From assembly GCA_032159775.1 (NCBI GenBank), contig JAVHWK010000018.1: DNA of 64,000 nucleotides. One strand, written 5' to 3'. Shown piece after piece: positions 1 through 9,405 of this stretch. The translations under genes and the position numbers were made by a program. The DNA is from Mycobacterium sp. GTDB taxonomy: Bacteria; Actinomycetota; Actinomycetes; Mycobacteriales; Mycobacteriaceae. The notes beneath the pieces are model-generated. The model did no database searches. It saw nothing but the letters and a program-made list of their open reading frames with translations, and had not been told where the DNA came from. Each line of letters begins with the position of its first letter. Position 1 is the first letter of the stretch.

Positions 1-1276
1 TGACGTAGCCGAGCGGATCGATGCGGCCGACGTCGCCGGTGTGCAACCAGCCGTCGGTGAACTTCGACTCGTCACGGTTGAGGTAGTAGGAACCGGTGAC
101 CCACGGTCCACGCACCTCCACCTCGCCGACCGCCTTGCCATCGTGCGGAAGCGGGCTGCCGTCGTCGTCGACGATTCGCGCCTCCACGCCGCACACCGGC
201 CGGCCCTGGGTGGAGCGGAGTTCCCATTGTTGATCATCGGGAACGCCCGCTGGCGGCCTAGCGATCGTGCCCAGCGGCGAGGTTTCGGTCATGCCCCACA
301 GTTGCAGGATCCGCACGCCGTAGCGCTCTTCGAACGTCTTCATTATCGACGTCGGTACGGCCGACCCACCGCAGCCGACCAGCCGCAGCGACGAAAAGTC
401 GTGATCCGGGTCCTTCTCCAGGTAGTGCACCACGTCATTCCAGATGGTCGGGACAGCGCCGGCCACTGTGGGTCGTTGCGTCTCAATCAGATCGACCAAC
501 GACTTCGGATCGAGGAAGCGGTCCGTCATCAGCAGATCGGCACCGGCCATCAACGCCGCATAAGGCAACCCCCATGCGTTGGCGTGGAACATCGGCGGGA
601 TGGGAAGCACCTTGTCGGAGCAGCCGACCCCCAAAGCGCTACTGGTGCACATTGCCATCGAATGCAGATAACTCGAACGGTGGCTGTAGACAACGCCTTT
701 GGGATTGCCTGTCGTGCCGCTCGTATAACACATCGCCGCCGCGGACTTCTCGTCTATGTCGGGCCAGTCGAAGCTGGGCGACTCCGCCGCCAGGACCTCC
801 TCGTATCGGAGCACGGTCATGCCCGTTGCCGTCAGGGGCTCGATATCGCCCCCGCCAACCGCGATTACGGTGTGCACGGTTTCCAGCAGCGGCAGCACAG
901 GTGCCAGTTGACCGGCCACCGACACGTTGGCGAGGATCACCTGGTCTTCGGCCTCGTTGGCGATGAAAGCGATCTGCTCGGGCGACAACCGGACGTTGAG
1001 CGTATGCAGGACAGCTCCCATCGATGGGATGGCCAGGTACGCGGTCAAGTGCTCGGCGTTGTTCCACATGAAGGTGGCCACCCGCTGGTCACCGGTGATG
1101 CCGACACGGCGCAACGCATTCGCCAACCTGGCAGCCTGCTCCCCGACTTCTCGATAGGTCGCGTGCCGATACCCATCACCGGTCGGCGTCGTCACCTTGC
1201 GGTCGCCGTGGACAGTGCACGCGTACCGCATGATGCCGGTGATCGTCAGCGGAAAGTCCTGCATCGTGCTGTCCAT
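1..1276 (-). CDS. Fatty-acid--CoA ligase (AMP-binding/ANL family), N-terminal ~425 aa; 3' end lies beyond the left edge
   Basis: Absent from the ORF track because there is no in-window stop. My minus-strand translation from ATG 1276 reads MDSTMQDFPLTITGIMRYACTVHGDRKV...MCYTSGTTGNPKGVVYSHRS...GWLHTGDVGRIDPLGYV (AMP-binding signatures). A GGAGGGGG SD lies just upstream. Track ORF 41..1375(+) is its antisense shadow. Confidence 0.85.
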   Translation of the reverse strand, partial: MDSTMQDFPLTITGIMRYACTVHGDRKVTTPTGDGYRHATYREVGEQAARLANALRRVGITGDQRVATFMWNNAEHLTAYLAIPSMGAVLHTLNVRLSPEQIAFIANEAEDQVILANVSVAGQLAPVLPLLETVHTVIAVGGGDIEPLTATGMTVLRYEEVLAAESPSFDWPDIDEKSAAAMCYTSGTTGNPKGVVYSHRSSYLHSMAMCTSSALGVGCSDKVLPIPPMFHANAWGLPYAALMAGADLLMTDRFLDPKSLVDLIETQRPTVAGAVPTIWNDVVHYLEKDPDHDFSSLRLVGCGGSAVPTSIMKTFEERYGVRILQLWGMTETSPLGTIARPPAGVPDDQQWELRSTQGRPVCGVEARIVDDDGSPLPHDGKAVGEVEVRGPWVTGSYYLNRDESKFTDGWLHTGDVGRIDPLGYV

Positions 1277-1333
1277 CGGGTATCCCCCTCCGACTCCGGG
1301 CACCATGCCCGACGCGGTCAGATGATGGCGATG

Positions 1334-2503
1334 CTAAACCGCTGGCAAAGCGTTGTCGGCGGTTCCGCCCATTGACGCGGGAGCAGGTTTACTGCGCCAC
1401 GAGAACCAGCGAAAACGACGCGCCAACCTGCGATTGGGCGCCGGCTGGGCGCTGCGTAGCCGGTCCATCTCGACGTGCTCGAGCGGCTCGACGCCCACGG
1501 CCTCCAGCGGCCGGTCCTCCAACGAGTGCAGCCGAGAGTCGGCGGTCAGCAGCGCGGCCTGCCAGCCACCGGCGACCCCCACGATCCCGAGCGTCCGGGC
1601 CGCCTCGCGCAGCACGGCGCCCAATTCCGCGGCCAGCAGCTGGCGCACCATATCGGCACCGTGCCGGGGGTTGGCCAGCATCCACGAGTGGTAGGCGCCC
1701 GGCACCCGATAGAGAGTGCCGTCGGCGCGCTCGGCCATGTCCTTGGCGGCCTCGAACGGCACGACCAGGTCGTTCTCGCCGTGCACGATGATGGTCGGCA
1801 CGCGGTGGCTGCGCATCGACTCCAGCATCGGCGTGTAGTCGCCGGACGCGATGATGGCCCGCACGGCGCCAGGAAGTCCGAGCGGGGTCCGCACGTTGCG
1901 GGCCAGAGCGCCTGCCATCTGGCGCATGTAGCGCCTGCGTTCGGGGGCGGGCAGCCTGCGCGGATCGGCCGGGGCGTCGTACGCCGCGTTCAGCACCGCC
2001 TGCGCCGCCCGACGGGGAGACCGGACCGGCGCGGCGATGGACTCGTCGAACGGTGCACCCGCGGCGGCGTTCAGCAGCACCGCGGCCATCACCCGTTCCG
2101 GCGCCAGCGCGGCAAGCGCGATGATCATCCGGCCGCCCATCGAATGGCCCATGAAGACGGCCTTGCGTACGCCGAGCGCATCGAGGGTGCGCAGCGTCAG
2201 GTCGACCCGGTGGCTCAGGTCGGCCGCGTTGCGGGGCAGGTTGGGGGTGACCCCATGGCCGGCTGCGTCGAGGGCGACGACAAGGAAACCCATTCCCGCC
2301 AACCGGCTCAGCAATCGCACGTAGGCCCGCCCGCTCAGGGCGATCCCGTGCATGAACACCAGCGGTAAACCCTTGCCGCCGACGGTCACCCCCACCTTGT
2401 GCCCGTCGTCGAGCGTGATGACCTGGTGGGACAGCCTGACCCGGGTAGCCGTGGCCGGTTGGCGGGCTACCGATGTCTGACTCACGTATTCATGGTTCCC
2501 CAC
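1334..2503 (-). CDS. Alpha/beta-fold hydrolase
   Basis: 389-aa ORF with a GHSMGG nucleophile elbow and the usual HG...DxxGHG N-terminal pattern. It sits 57 bp upstream of the fadD-like gene on the same strand. Confidence 0.8.
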   Translation of the reverse strand: MGNHEYVSQTSVARQPATATRVRLSHQVITLDDGHKVGVTVGGKGLPLVFMHGIALSGRAYVRLLSRLAGMGFLVVALDAAGHGVTPNLPRNAADLSHRVDLTLRTLDALGVRKAVFMGHSMGGRMIIALAALAPERVMAAVLLNAAAGAPFDESIAAPVRSPRRAAQAVLNAAYDAPADPRRLPAPERRRYMRQMAGALARNVRTPLGLPGAVRAIIASGDYTPMLESMRSHRVPTIIVHGENDLVVPFEAAKDMAERADGTLYRVPGAYHSWMLANPRHGADMVRQLLAAELGAVLREAARTLGIVGVAGGWQAALLTADSRLHSLEDRPLEAVGVEPLEHVEMDRLRSAQPAPNRRLARRFRWFSWRSKPAPASMGGTADNALPAV

Positions 2504-2674
2504 TCGCGCGCCCGAAGGCCAACTCCGCGCATGTGGGGTTGGTTACGGTCGTCTTTCCGCGCGGTACAGCTCACGACGAGCGAATCTGTCTGCCACCACC
2601 TGGGAAGTAAATGTGCGTCGAAAGCGATGTAAATAGAGGATCATTGACCGAACACGTGAGGATGAGGTGCGGTT

Positions 2675-2998
2675 ATGCGGAAAAAGTGGACGCTCGCAGC
2701 TGCGATGGTGGGTGCGTGCGCCGCGTTGGCCGTGCCCGCAGGCATCGCCTCGGCAGAAGAGGACGCGCAGGCGACGATCAAGCGGCTGCAGGACGAGGGC
2801 TACACGGTCAACATCGATCGAACCGGCTCCGCGCCGCTGAGTGAGTGCCTGGTGACCAACGTGCGCAACCCCAAGACGGTGCAGCAGTGGGTGCCCTACA
2901 TCGGCCCCGGCCGCGGCGCCTTCGGCGGCGACCGCGCACTGGTGCTAGAAACGGTCAGCCAGTCGATCTCCGTGACGCTGGACTGCAACCGCCGCTGA
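2675..2998 (+). CDS. Small secreted protein (signal peptide, C-terminal Cys pair), family not recognised
   Basis: 107 aa with signal peptide MRKKWTLAAAMVGACAALAVPAGIASA and a GAGGTG SD. Clear paralog of 16937..17236 (shared G(Y/F)xVxxDRxGSAPxxxCxVTxVRNP ... (V/I)(S/T)(V/L)(T/S)LDCxR). Confidence 0.75.
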   Translation: MRKKWTLAAAMVGACAALAVPAGIASAEEDAQATIKRLQDEGYTVNIDRTGSAPLSECLVTNVRNPKTVQQWVPYIGPGRGAFGGDRALVLETVSQSISVTLDCNRR

Positions 2999-3016
2999 GG
3001 CGGATCAACGACGTAG

Positions 3017-3052
3017 GAAGGCCCGGCCGGTGGCGGTACCGGCCGGGCCTTC
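3017..3052. terminator. Bidirectional stem-loop between convergent genes
   Basis: Perfect 15-bp GC-rich stem GAAGGCCCGGCCGGT / ACCGGCCGGGCCTTC with a 6-nt loop, placed between the stop at 2998 and the dctA stop at 3066. Confidence 0.6.
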
Positions 3053-3065
3053 GTCTGTCTGCGCC

Positions 3066-4484
3066 CTACGCCGGGGCGGGCAAACGCTCCTGCGCCGGTC
3101 CTTCGGCGCGCGGCGCAGTGCCCGATGTCGCAGGCCCGGCTCCGTGGTCGTCGTCGATCATCGTCAGCTCGTCGAACGGATCATCGCCGCGCAGCACGCT
3201 GTCGACCTTGTCCTTGTCGACGGTCTTGGTCCACGACCCGACCAGCAGCGTGGCGACGGCGTTACCGGAGAAGTTCGTCACCGCGCGGGCTTCGGACATG
3301 AACCGGTCGATGCCGACGATCAGGCCGACGCCGTCGAGCAGGTCGGGGCGGTGGCTCTGCAGGCCGCCCGCCAGCGTGGCCAGGCCTGCGCCGGTCACAC
3401 CCGCGGCACCCTTGGAGGCGACGATCATGAACACCAGCAGGCCGATCTGCTCGCTGACCGCCATCGGGCTGCCCAGCGCGTCGGCGATGAACAGCGACGC
3501 CATGGTCAGGTAGATCGCGGTGCCGTCCAGGTTGAACGAGTAGCCGGTCGGGACAACGACACCGACGGTGCTGCGCTCCACACCCAGGTGCTCCATCTTG
3601 GCGATCAGCCGCGGCAACGCGGACTCCGACGACGACGTCGAGAAGATCAAGAGGTACTCGCGGGCCAGGTAGCGCACCAGCTTGAAGATCGAGACACCGG
3701 ACACCACCCGCAAGATCGTGCCAAGCACACCGAACACGAACAAGATGCATGTGACGTAGAAGCCGAGCATCAACGTCAGCAGTTGGGTGACCGCGGTCCA
3801 CCCCGTCTGCCCGACGACGTTGGCGATCGCACCGAACGCCCCGATCGGCGCCAGCCACAGGATCATCACGAGAACCTTGAACACCAGCTTCTGCAGGTGC
3901 CCGACGCCGCGCAGAATCGGCTCCCCCGCGCTGCCCATCGCCTGCAATGCGAATCCGACCAGGAGTGCAACGAACAGTGTCTGCAGCACGCTGCCGGCCG
4001 TCAGAGCAGAGAACAGGGTGTCGGGAATGATGCCCTGGACGAAGTCCATCAGGCCGCCCGACTCGTGTGCCTTCTCGGCCAGCTCCGCACCCTTGCCCGC
4101 GGCGGTCTCCGACAGATGCATGCCGCTACCGGGATGGATGATGTTGCCGACGACGAGACCGATCGCGAGCGCGAACGTCGACATCACCAGGAAGTAGGCG
4201 AAGGCCAGGCCGCCGACCTTGCCGACGGTCGCTGCTTTGCGCACCGACCCGATACCCAGCACGATCGTGCAGAAGATCACCGGCGCGATCATCATCTTGA
4301 TCAACGCGACGAACATCGTCCCGAGAACGCCGACGCTCTTGCCGACCTCGGGAGCGAGCAGGCCGACCGCGATACCGACGACCACCGCGGCGATCACCGC
4401 GATGTAGAGCCAGTGCGTGCGGTCCTTGCGGCGCGGTGAATCCGGCGGCTCGGATACCGGCGGCCGGCGGTCGATGACTGTCAT
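3066..4484 (-). CDS. dctA: C4-dicarboxylate transporter, sodium:dicarboxylate symporter family
   Basis: DctA-type sequence (MFVALIKMMIAPVIFCTIVLGIGS, SFNLDGTAIYLTMASLFIA, ASKGAAGVTGAG). The track ORF begins at TTG 4526, but ATG 4484 (MTVIDRR...) has a GGAGGT SD about 9 nt upstream, so I prefer it. Confidence 0.9.
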   Translation of the reverse strand: MTVIDRRPPVSEPPDSPRRKDRTHWLYIAVIAAVVVGIAVGLLAPEVGKSVGVLGTMFVALIKMMIAPVIFCTIVLGIGSVRKAATVGKVGGLAFAYFLVMSTFALAIGLVVGNIIHPGSGMHLSETAAGKGAELAEKAHESGGLMDFVQGIIPDTLFSALTAGSVLQTLFVALLVGFALQAMGSAGEPILRGVGHLQKLVFKVLVMILWLAPIGAFGAIANVVGQTGWTAVTQLLTLMLGFYVTCILFVFGVLGTILRVVSGVSIFKLVRYLAREYLLIFSTSSSESALPRLIAKMEHLGVERSTVGVVVPTGYSFNLDGTAIYLTMASLFIADALGSPMAVSEQIGLLVFMIVASKGAAGVTGAGLATLAGGLQSHRPDLLDGVGLIVGIDRFMSEARAVTNFSGNAVATLLVGSWTKTVDKDKVDSVLRGDDPFDELTMIDDDHGAGPATSGTAPRAEGPAQERLPAPA

Positions 4485-4540
4485 TGCGGGATTACCTCCA
4501 GGTCGAACATCGAATGTGATGTGCAAGTAGGTTCTGCCAT

Positions 4541-4560
4541 AACGTGAGCCGGGTCACGTT
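4541..4560. promoter_or_regulatory. Candidate operator: palindrome AACGTGA-N6-TCACGTT upstream of dctA
   Basis: Perfect 7-bp inverted arms at 4541-4547 and 4554-4560, in the divergent dctA / hydrolase-two-component intergenic region. A further TACGTT lies at about 4570. Confidence 0.35.
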
Positions 4561-4653
4561 TTTGTTCATTACGTTCAGACCGCCCGCCGTGCGCAGTGAC
4601 TGATCCGCACCGCCAATCCGGCCGCTCGGCCACCAGCGGGCTGCTTTCATTGC

Positions 4654-5556
4654 GTGATGGACAGCGGTGTGGACCAGGCCCGCGTAGTGACGACCCTCGA
4701 CGGTCGTCAGCTCGCGTACCTGGAGGTCGGCGATCCGCACGGCCCGCTCGTCCTGCACAACCACGGCGGCCCAAGCAGTCGGCTGGAGGCGCACCTGTTG
4801 GCCGAACCGGCGGCGACGAACGGGTTGCGCCTTGTCTGCGTGGACCGTCCAGGTATGGGGCAGTCCAGCCCGCAGAAGGCTCGTTCGTATGCCGGCTGGG
4901 TCGACGACCTGGTGACGGTCGCCGATGCGTTGGGGCAGCAGGAGTTCGGTGTGACGGGCTGGTCGGAGGGCGGCCCGTGGGCGCTGGCCGCCGCGGCCTA
5001 CATCGACCGCGCGCGGCTGCGCCACGTCAGCAGCATCGCATCGGGTAGTTACGGCGCGTTCGGCAACAACTCAGCAGCGCAATACCTTTCGAAGGCCGAC
5101 GCGCTCGGGGGCGCCTTGGCCCTGCACTTCACACCCGGCTTTCGGCTGATGTATGCCGCCCTCGGACTGATTGCGAAACGGTTCCCCGGCACCTTCACCA
5201 AGCAGATTCGCAACAGCGTCAACGATTACGACCGCGAGCTGCTCCTTCGGCCGGAGATCGGCAAGGGGTTCGCCGACTCATGTGCCGAATGCTTCGCCCA
5301 CGGCTCCGACGGTCTGGTCCGTGACGCTGAAATCCTCTATTGCCGTTGGGCTTTCGACGTAAGACAGATCGAGCGGCCGGTCCATATGTGGCAGGGCCTG
5401 GATGACCTTCTGGTCCCCGACCCGATCAACAAGGCTGTGGCCGACGCAATGCCGGGCGCGGTGTGGCATCCCGTGGAGGGCGCAGGCCACTTCGTGGCAG
5501 TCGGCGCCGCCGACGAGATATTCGCCGTCGCGGCCAAGGAACTGGGCACGTCTTGA
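4654..5556 (+). CDS. Alpha/beta-fold hydrolase
   Basis: 300 aa with a GWSEGG nucleophile elbow and HNHGGPSS near the N-terminus. Its TGA stop overlaps the likely TTG start of the sensor kinase. Confidence 0.8.
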   Translation: MMDSGVDQARVVTTLDGRQLAYLEVGDPHGPLVLHNHGGPSSRLEAHLLAEPAATNGLRLVCVDRPGMGQSSPQKARSYAGWVDDLVTVADALGQQEFGVTGWSEGGPWALAAAAYIDRARLRHVSSIASGSYGAFGNNSAAQYLSKADALGGALALHFTPGFRLMYAALGLIAKRFPGTFTKQIRNSVNDYDRELLLRPEIGKGFADSCAECFAHGSDGLVRDAEILYCRWAFDVRQIERPVHMWQGLDDLLVPDPINKAVADAMPGAVWHPVEGAGHFVAVGAADEIFAVAAKELGTS

Positions 5557-7109
5557 CCAGATGGTGGCCGCGCTCACTGGCCGGGCAGGCGATCGCGCTG
5601 CAGATCCTGGTGATCGCGGTCGTGGTGGTGGCGGGCAGCGGTTTGGCGTTGGTGGACGCCCGTCAAGACGGTGACGCCGCGGCACGCCAGCAGGTGGTCG
5701 CCATCGCGACGGCGCTGGCCGACTCGCCGTCGACGGCCGCCGCGATCGAATCCGGTAGAGCCACCGAGGTTTTGCAGCCGGTCACCGAGGCGGTCCGCAC
5801 CAACACCGACATCGCCTTCATCACGATCATGTCGCCTGACGGAACCCGGTTCACCCATACCGATCCGCAGCAGATCGGCGGTCACTACCTCGGGAGCATC
5901 GAGCCTGCGCTGCGCGGCGAGACATTCACCGAGGTGTACACCGGCACACTCGGCCCGTCCATCCGCACCATCGTGCCGGTACGCGACGGCTCCGGCAGGA
6001 TCGTCGGCCTGGTGTCCGCGGGTGTCACGCAGCAGACCCTGGCGCAACGCTGGCGATCACAATGGCTGACGATCGCCGCGGTCAGCGTTGGGGCGCTGGC
6101 GATTTCGTTGGTCGGCGTGTGGGCTATTCGGCGCAGGCTGCTGCGCCAGACGCACGGACTGCGGCCCGACGAGCTACGGGTGATGTACGAGCATCACGAC
6201 GCGATCCTGCATTCGGTGTCCGAGGGGCTGATCGTGCTCGATCGCGGCGGTGTGGCGCTCGTCAACGACGAAGCCCGTCGGCTGCTCGGCCTGCCGCCCG
6301 GCCCCGTATCCCGTTCGGACCTGCCCACGTTTCTACAGACGTACGACCCCGGCGCCCGCGACGAGGTGCACGTCACCGACGAACGGGTGCTCGTGGTCAA
6401 CCGCTCTCAAGTGGACACCCGATCACATGACTCAGAGGTCGTCACCATCCGCGACCGCACCGAACTGCAAGGTGCGCTGGGTGAGCTCAGCTCGCTGCAG
6501 GTGCTGACCGACTCTCTGCGCTCGCAGGCACATGAGGCCGCCAACAAGCTGCACACCGTGATCACCATGGTGGAGATGGGCCGTCCCGACGAAGCCGTCA
6601 AGTTCGCGACCAACGAACTCGAGCTGTCGCAGCGCCTGGTGGACCGGCTCTCCAGTGATGTCGGCGAGCCCACGCTGGTCGCGCTGCTTCTCGGCAAATC
6701 TGCGCAGGCCGACGAGCGCGGCATCGAATTTTCGGTCACCGAAGACACCCGCCTGCCGTCCAATACCGACGACGTACCACTGACCGGTCAGGAGATGGTC
6801 ACGGTGTTGGGCAATCTCATCGACAATGCGATGGACGCCTGTGATCGCGAAGACCCCTGGGTCGAGGTGACCGTCAGCCAGCAGGACCACACTCTGCTCA
6901 TCCGGGTGGCAGACAGCGGTCCCGGCATGGACGCCGTGACCTTCGAGAAAGCCATGCAGCGGGGCTACTCGACCAAGTCCGGCTCCGACGCCGGACAACA
7001 CGGCCTCGGACTGGCGCTTGTGGCGCAGGTGGTCAAGCGCCACAACGGAAATCTGTCCGCGGACGTGACGTACGGGTCGGTTGTCACGGTCACCGTGAGC
7101 GGCTCATGA
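5553..7109 (+). CDS. Sensor histidine kinase, CitA/DcuS-like
   Basis: TM, periplasmic PDC-like segment, TM, PAS, phospho-His region LRSQAHEAANKLHTV, then an ATPase domain (DNAMDA, GLGLALV). The track start 5463 lies inside the upstream gene. TTG 5553 (LTRWWPRSLAGQ) forms a TTGA overlap; the start is uncertain. Confidence 0.85.
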   Translation: MTRWWPRSLAGQAIALQILVIAVVVVAGSGLALVDARQDGDAAARQQVVAIATALADSPSTAAAIESGRATEVLQPVTEAVRTNTDIAFITIMSPDGTRFTHTDPQQIGGHYLGSIEPALRGETFTEVYTGTLGPSIRTIVPVRDGSGRIVGLVSAGVTQQTLAQRWRSQWLTIAAVSVGALAISLVGVWAIRRRLLRQTHGLRPDELRVMYEHHDAILHSVSEGLIVLDRGGVALVNDEARRLLGLPPGPVSRSDLPTFLQTYDPGARDEVHVTDERVLVVNRSQVDTRSHDSEVVTIRDRTELQGALGELSSLQVLTDSLRSQAHEAANKLHTVITMVEMGRPDEAVKFATNELELSQRLVDRLSSDVGEPTLVALLLGKSAQADERGIEFSVTEDTRLPSNTDDVPLTGQEMVTVLGNLIDNAMDACDREDPWVEVTVSQQDHTLLIRVADSGPGMDAVTFEKAMQRGYSTKSGSDAGQHGLGLALVAQVVKRHNGNLSADVTYGSVVTVTVSGS

Positions 7110-7795
7110 TCGGCGTGCTGATCGTCGAGGACGAGCCGTTGATCGCCGAGGCGCATCAGGCGTATCTAGAACGGCTGAAAGGGTTTTCGGTGGCGGCCGT
7201 TGCGCACACCGCCCGTGACGCCATGCGTGCAGCAAGCGAGGCGGCGGCGGACGGGACTCCGATCGACCTGGTGTTGCTCGACATCGGACTGCCCGATGCC
7301 AGCGGTATCTCACTGGCGTCGGGTCTATCGGGTCTGCGGCCGGCGCCGGACATCATCGCCATCACGTCCGAGCGCGACCTGGAAATGGTTCGTGCCGCCG
7401 TCGGCCACGGCGCCCTGGCGTATCTGCTCAAGCCTTTCACGTTCGCCGCCTTCCGCGACCGGCTGGAGCGCTACCAGCGCTACCGGGAGGCCCTGCCCGC
7501 CGGCACCGACGCGGCAAGCCAGGCCGAGGTCGACCGCGCGCTGTCCGAACTACGGGTTGGCGCCGACAGATCCGCGGCCCCGAAGGGTGCGGCCGCCGGT
7601 ACCAATGACGAGATCGCCCGTGCGGTAAGGGATTCCGATGACGGGGTCACGGCCGACGCGGTCGCCAAGCAGGTCGGCGTTTCGCGGGTGACGGCATGGC
7701 GCTACCTGGAGCGCCTCGCCGACGAGGGCACGGTCACCCGGCACACCGACTACGGCAAGGCAGGCCGGCCCAAGATCCGCTATCAATGGCGCTGA
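7106..7795 (+). CDS. Response regulator, CitB/DcuR-like (receiver + C-terminal HTH)
   Basis: MIGVLIVEDEPLIA...LVLLDIGLPD receiver domain and a C-terminal HTH (VAKQVGVSRVTAWRYLERL). ATGA overlap with the kinase gene. Confidence 0.85.
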   Translation: MIGVLIVEDEPLIAEAHQAYLERLKGFSVAAVAHTARDAMRAASEAAADGTPIDLVLLDIGLPDASGISLASGLSGLRPAPDIIAITSERDLEMVRAAVGHGALAYLLKPFTFAAFRDRLERYQRYREALPAGTDAASQAEVDRALSELRVGADRSAAPKGAAAGTNDEIARAVRDSDDGVTADAVAKQVGVSRVTAWRYLERLADEGTVTRHTDYGKAGRPKIRYQWR

Positions 7796-7798
7796 GGA

Positions 7799-8869
7799 CT
7801 AGACGCCTGCCGGCTCGAGCTTACGAAGCGCGGGAATCGTGCTGAGGTTCATCGCCATCAACTCGGCCTCGAGTTCGGTCGAGTCGGCGGCGACAAACAT
7901 CACCGTGATGGCGCCTGCGTGGTCGGCGATGTACAGCCGGCGGTTGTCCGGGCTGACCGCGACGCATGACGGTTCCGCCGTGACGGTCAGCGTGTCGACG
8001 ACCGCATTGGTCTCGGTGCACAGCACGGCGACATGCTCGTAGTCCGCGATGTAGAGGCGGCGGCCATCGGAGCTGAGCGCCATCTGCATGGGCGCGCCGC
8101 CGATGCCGACCTTCGCGGTGATCTCGTTGATCGCGGTGTCGATGATGTCAACCGAACCACCCCAGTGGGTGTCGAAGCCGGCGACGTAGACCAGCGCGCC
8201 GTCGTGGCTCAGCGCGACGTCCCTGATGGGTGACGCGACCGGGACCTCGCGGATGACTCGACCCTTGGCTGCGTCGACCACCAACAGCTTGCCGCTGTCC
8301 GCGTCAGAGGTGCCTATGTAGACGAAGCGGCCGTTGGGGCTGACCCGCACCGCGTCGACGGTGCGACCGACGCCGTGGGCGATGTCGATGGTCTGGGTCC
8401 GACCGAAGGTGTTGATCACGGCGAGGCCGACGACGTCGTCTCCGGCCTGGCCGACGAAGATCCGGGTGCCATCCGGGCTGACCGCGACGTCCGTCGCGGT
8501 GTCTGCCAGCGGGTGGTTGGCGATGACCCGCTTGGTCTCGGTGTCGATGACCGCGACGGAGTCATATTGATGACCCGAGATCGTCACGTAGGCGCGCCGC
8601 TCGCCGGCGACCACCATCTGCGGCTCGACAACCGGCATCTCGACGTCGGCTTCCACGGTCATGGCGTACGCGTCGATGACCGATACGCTGCCGTCGCCGT
8701 AGTGGGTCGCGACGATCGTGGCACCGTCGGTGCTGACGGCGAGGTCTGCGATCGGGCCGCGCTCGACGTCAACGGTGCCGAGAACGACGAAGTCCGGCTC
8801 GGCGGCCGCGGCCTCGGTCACGTTCGTGGTGACAGTGTTCTTATGCATGACGGTATTTGCCCTGTTCAT
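7799..8869 (-). CDS. Seven-bladed beta-propeller protein (YVTN/YncE-like repeats)
   Basis: Seven ~40-aa repeats of the form (V/L)xxSxDGxx(I/L/V)(F/Y)(I/V)(A/G)...VxVIDxxxxxV. An alternative start is ATG 8848. Confidence 0.8.
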   Translation of the reverse strand: MNRANTVMHKNTVTTNVTEAAAAEPDFVVLGTVDVERGPIADLAVSTDGATIVATHYGDGSVSVIDAYAMTVEADVEMPVVEPQMVVAGERRAYVTISGHQYDSVAVIDTETKRVIANHPLADTATDVAVSPDGTRIFVGQAGDDVVGLAVINTFGRTQTIDIAHGVGRTVDAVRVSPNGRFVYIGTSDADSGKLLVVDAAKGRVIREVPVASPIRDVALSHDGALVYVAGFDTHWGGSVDIIDTAINEITAKVGIGGAPMQMALSSDGRRLYIADYEHVAVLCTETNAVVDTLTVTAEPSCVAVSPDNRRLYIADHAGAITVMFVAADSTELEAELMAMNLSTIPALRKLEPAGV

Positions 8870-9405
8870 CGGTGCTTGTGCCGGTTGTGGCTACGTCCGG
8901 CAATGACATACGTTCTGCTGCGCTTGTGCAGCGCAAGTTTGTATCGAGTCTAGCGACGAAAATTCGCACTCCGGAAAACGTCTGACACTCTTCGTCACCA
9001 ATATCTGTGTAGGTCTCAGGCCGCGCTTAGAAAACTATTCGTTATGAATTCGTTACTCCGCTGTGGCAAGCATGAAAACGTCCGGTTTAGTGCAGAGATG
9101 CCCGATTGGCAAGCATCGAGACGTGATGTGACGAATGAGGTCTAATAACTATTTCTTAGTTTTCACATTAAAAGTGAGATGCAGAACACATCACGACACT
9201 CCAGCAAACGCGTGTTGCGCTCGCTCGGCAAACCTGTAGGCGCGGGTCGCAGTCCGCACACCGGTGGATAGTGCTCCAGTGAGACCGGCCTCGCGTTCGC
9301 TGGAGCCCGCTGACCTCGACGCGGACCGAATCTCTTGATTCGGGTCATGACCATGGGCGCAGCGGTGAAGGATCTAATCCGCGGACCACGCCCGGAGAGG
9401 AACCC

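Noticed and set aside
41-1375. 444-aa plus-strand ORF covering the left end of the window
   Set aside because: Its composition is Arg/His/Gly-rich and looks like nonsense. It is the antisense frame of a clearly recognisable AMP-binding fatty-acid--CoA ligase on the minus strand, which the track omits because it lacks an in-window stop.
3030-4439. 469-aa plus-strand ORF (and similar ones at 30606..31826, 53288..53914, 56017..56982, 55174..55947)
   Set aside because: These are antisense shadows of well-supported transporter genes (dctA, the pcaK-like gene, kdpA, kdpB). Their sequences are Arg/Asp/His-rich and low-complexity, as is typical of high-GC antisense frames.
9064-9116. TGGCA-containing repeats considered as sigma-54 (-24/-12) promoters
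   Set aside because: There is no GG-N10-GC spacing match, and mycobacteria are not known to encode RpoN. The repeats are kept only as an unexplained repeated motif.
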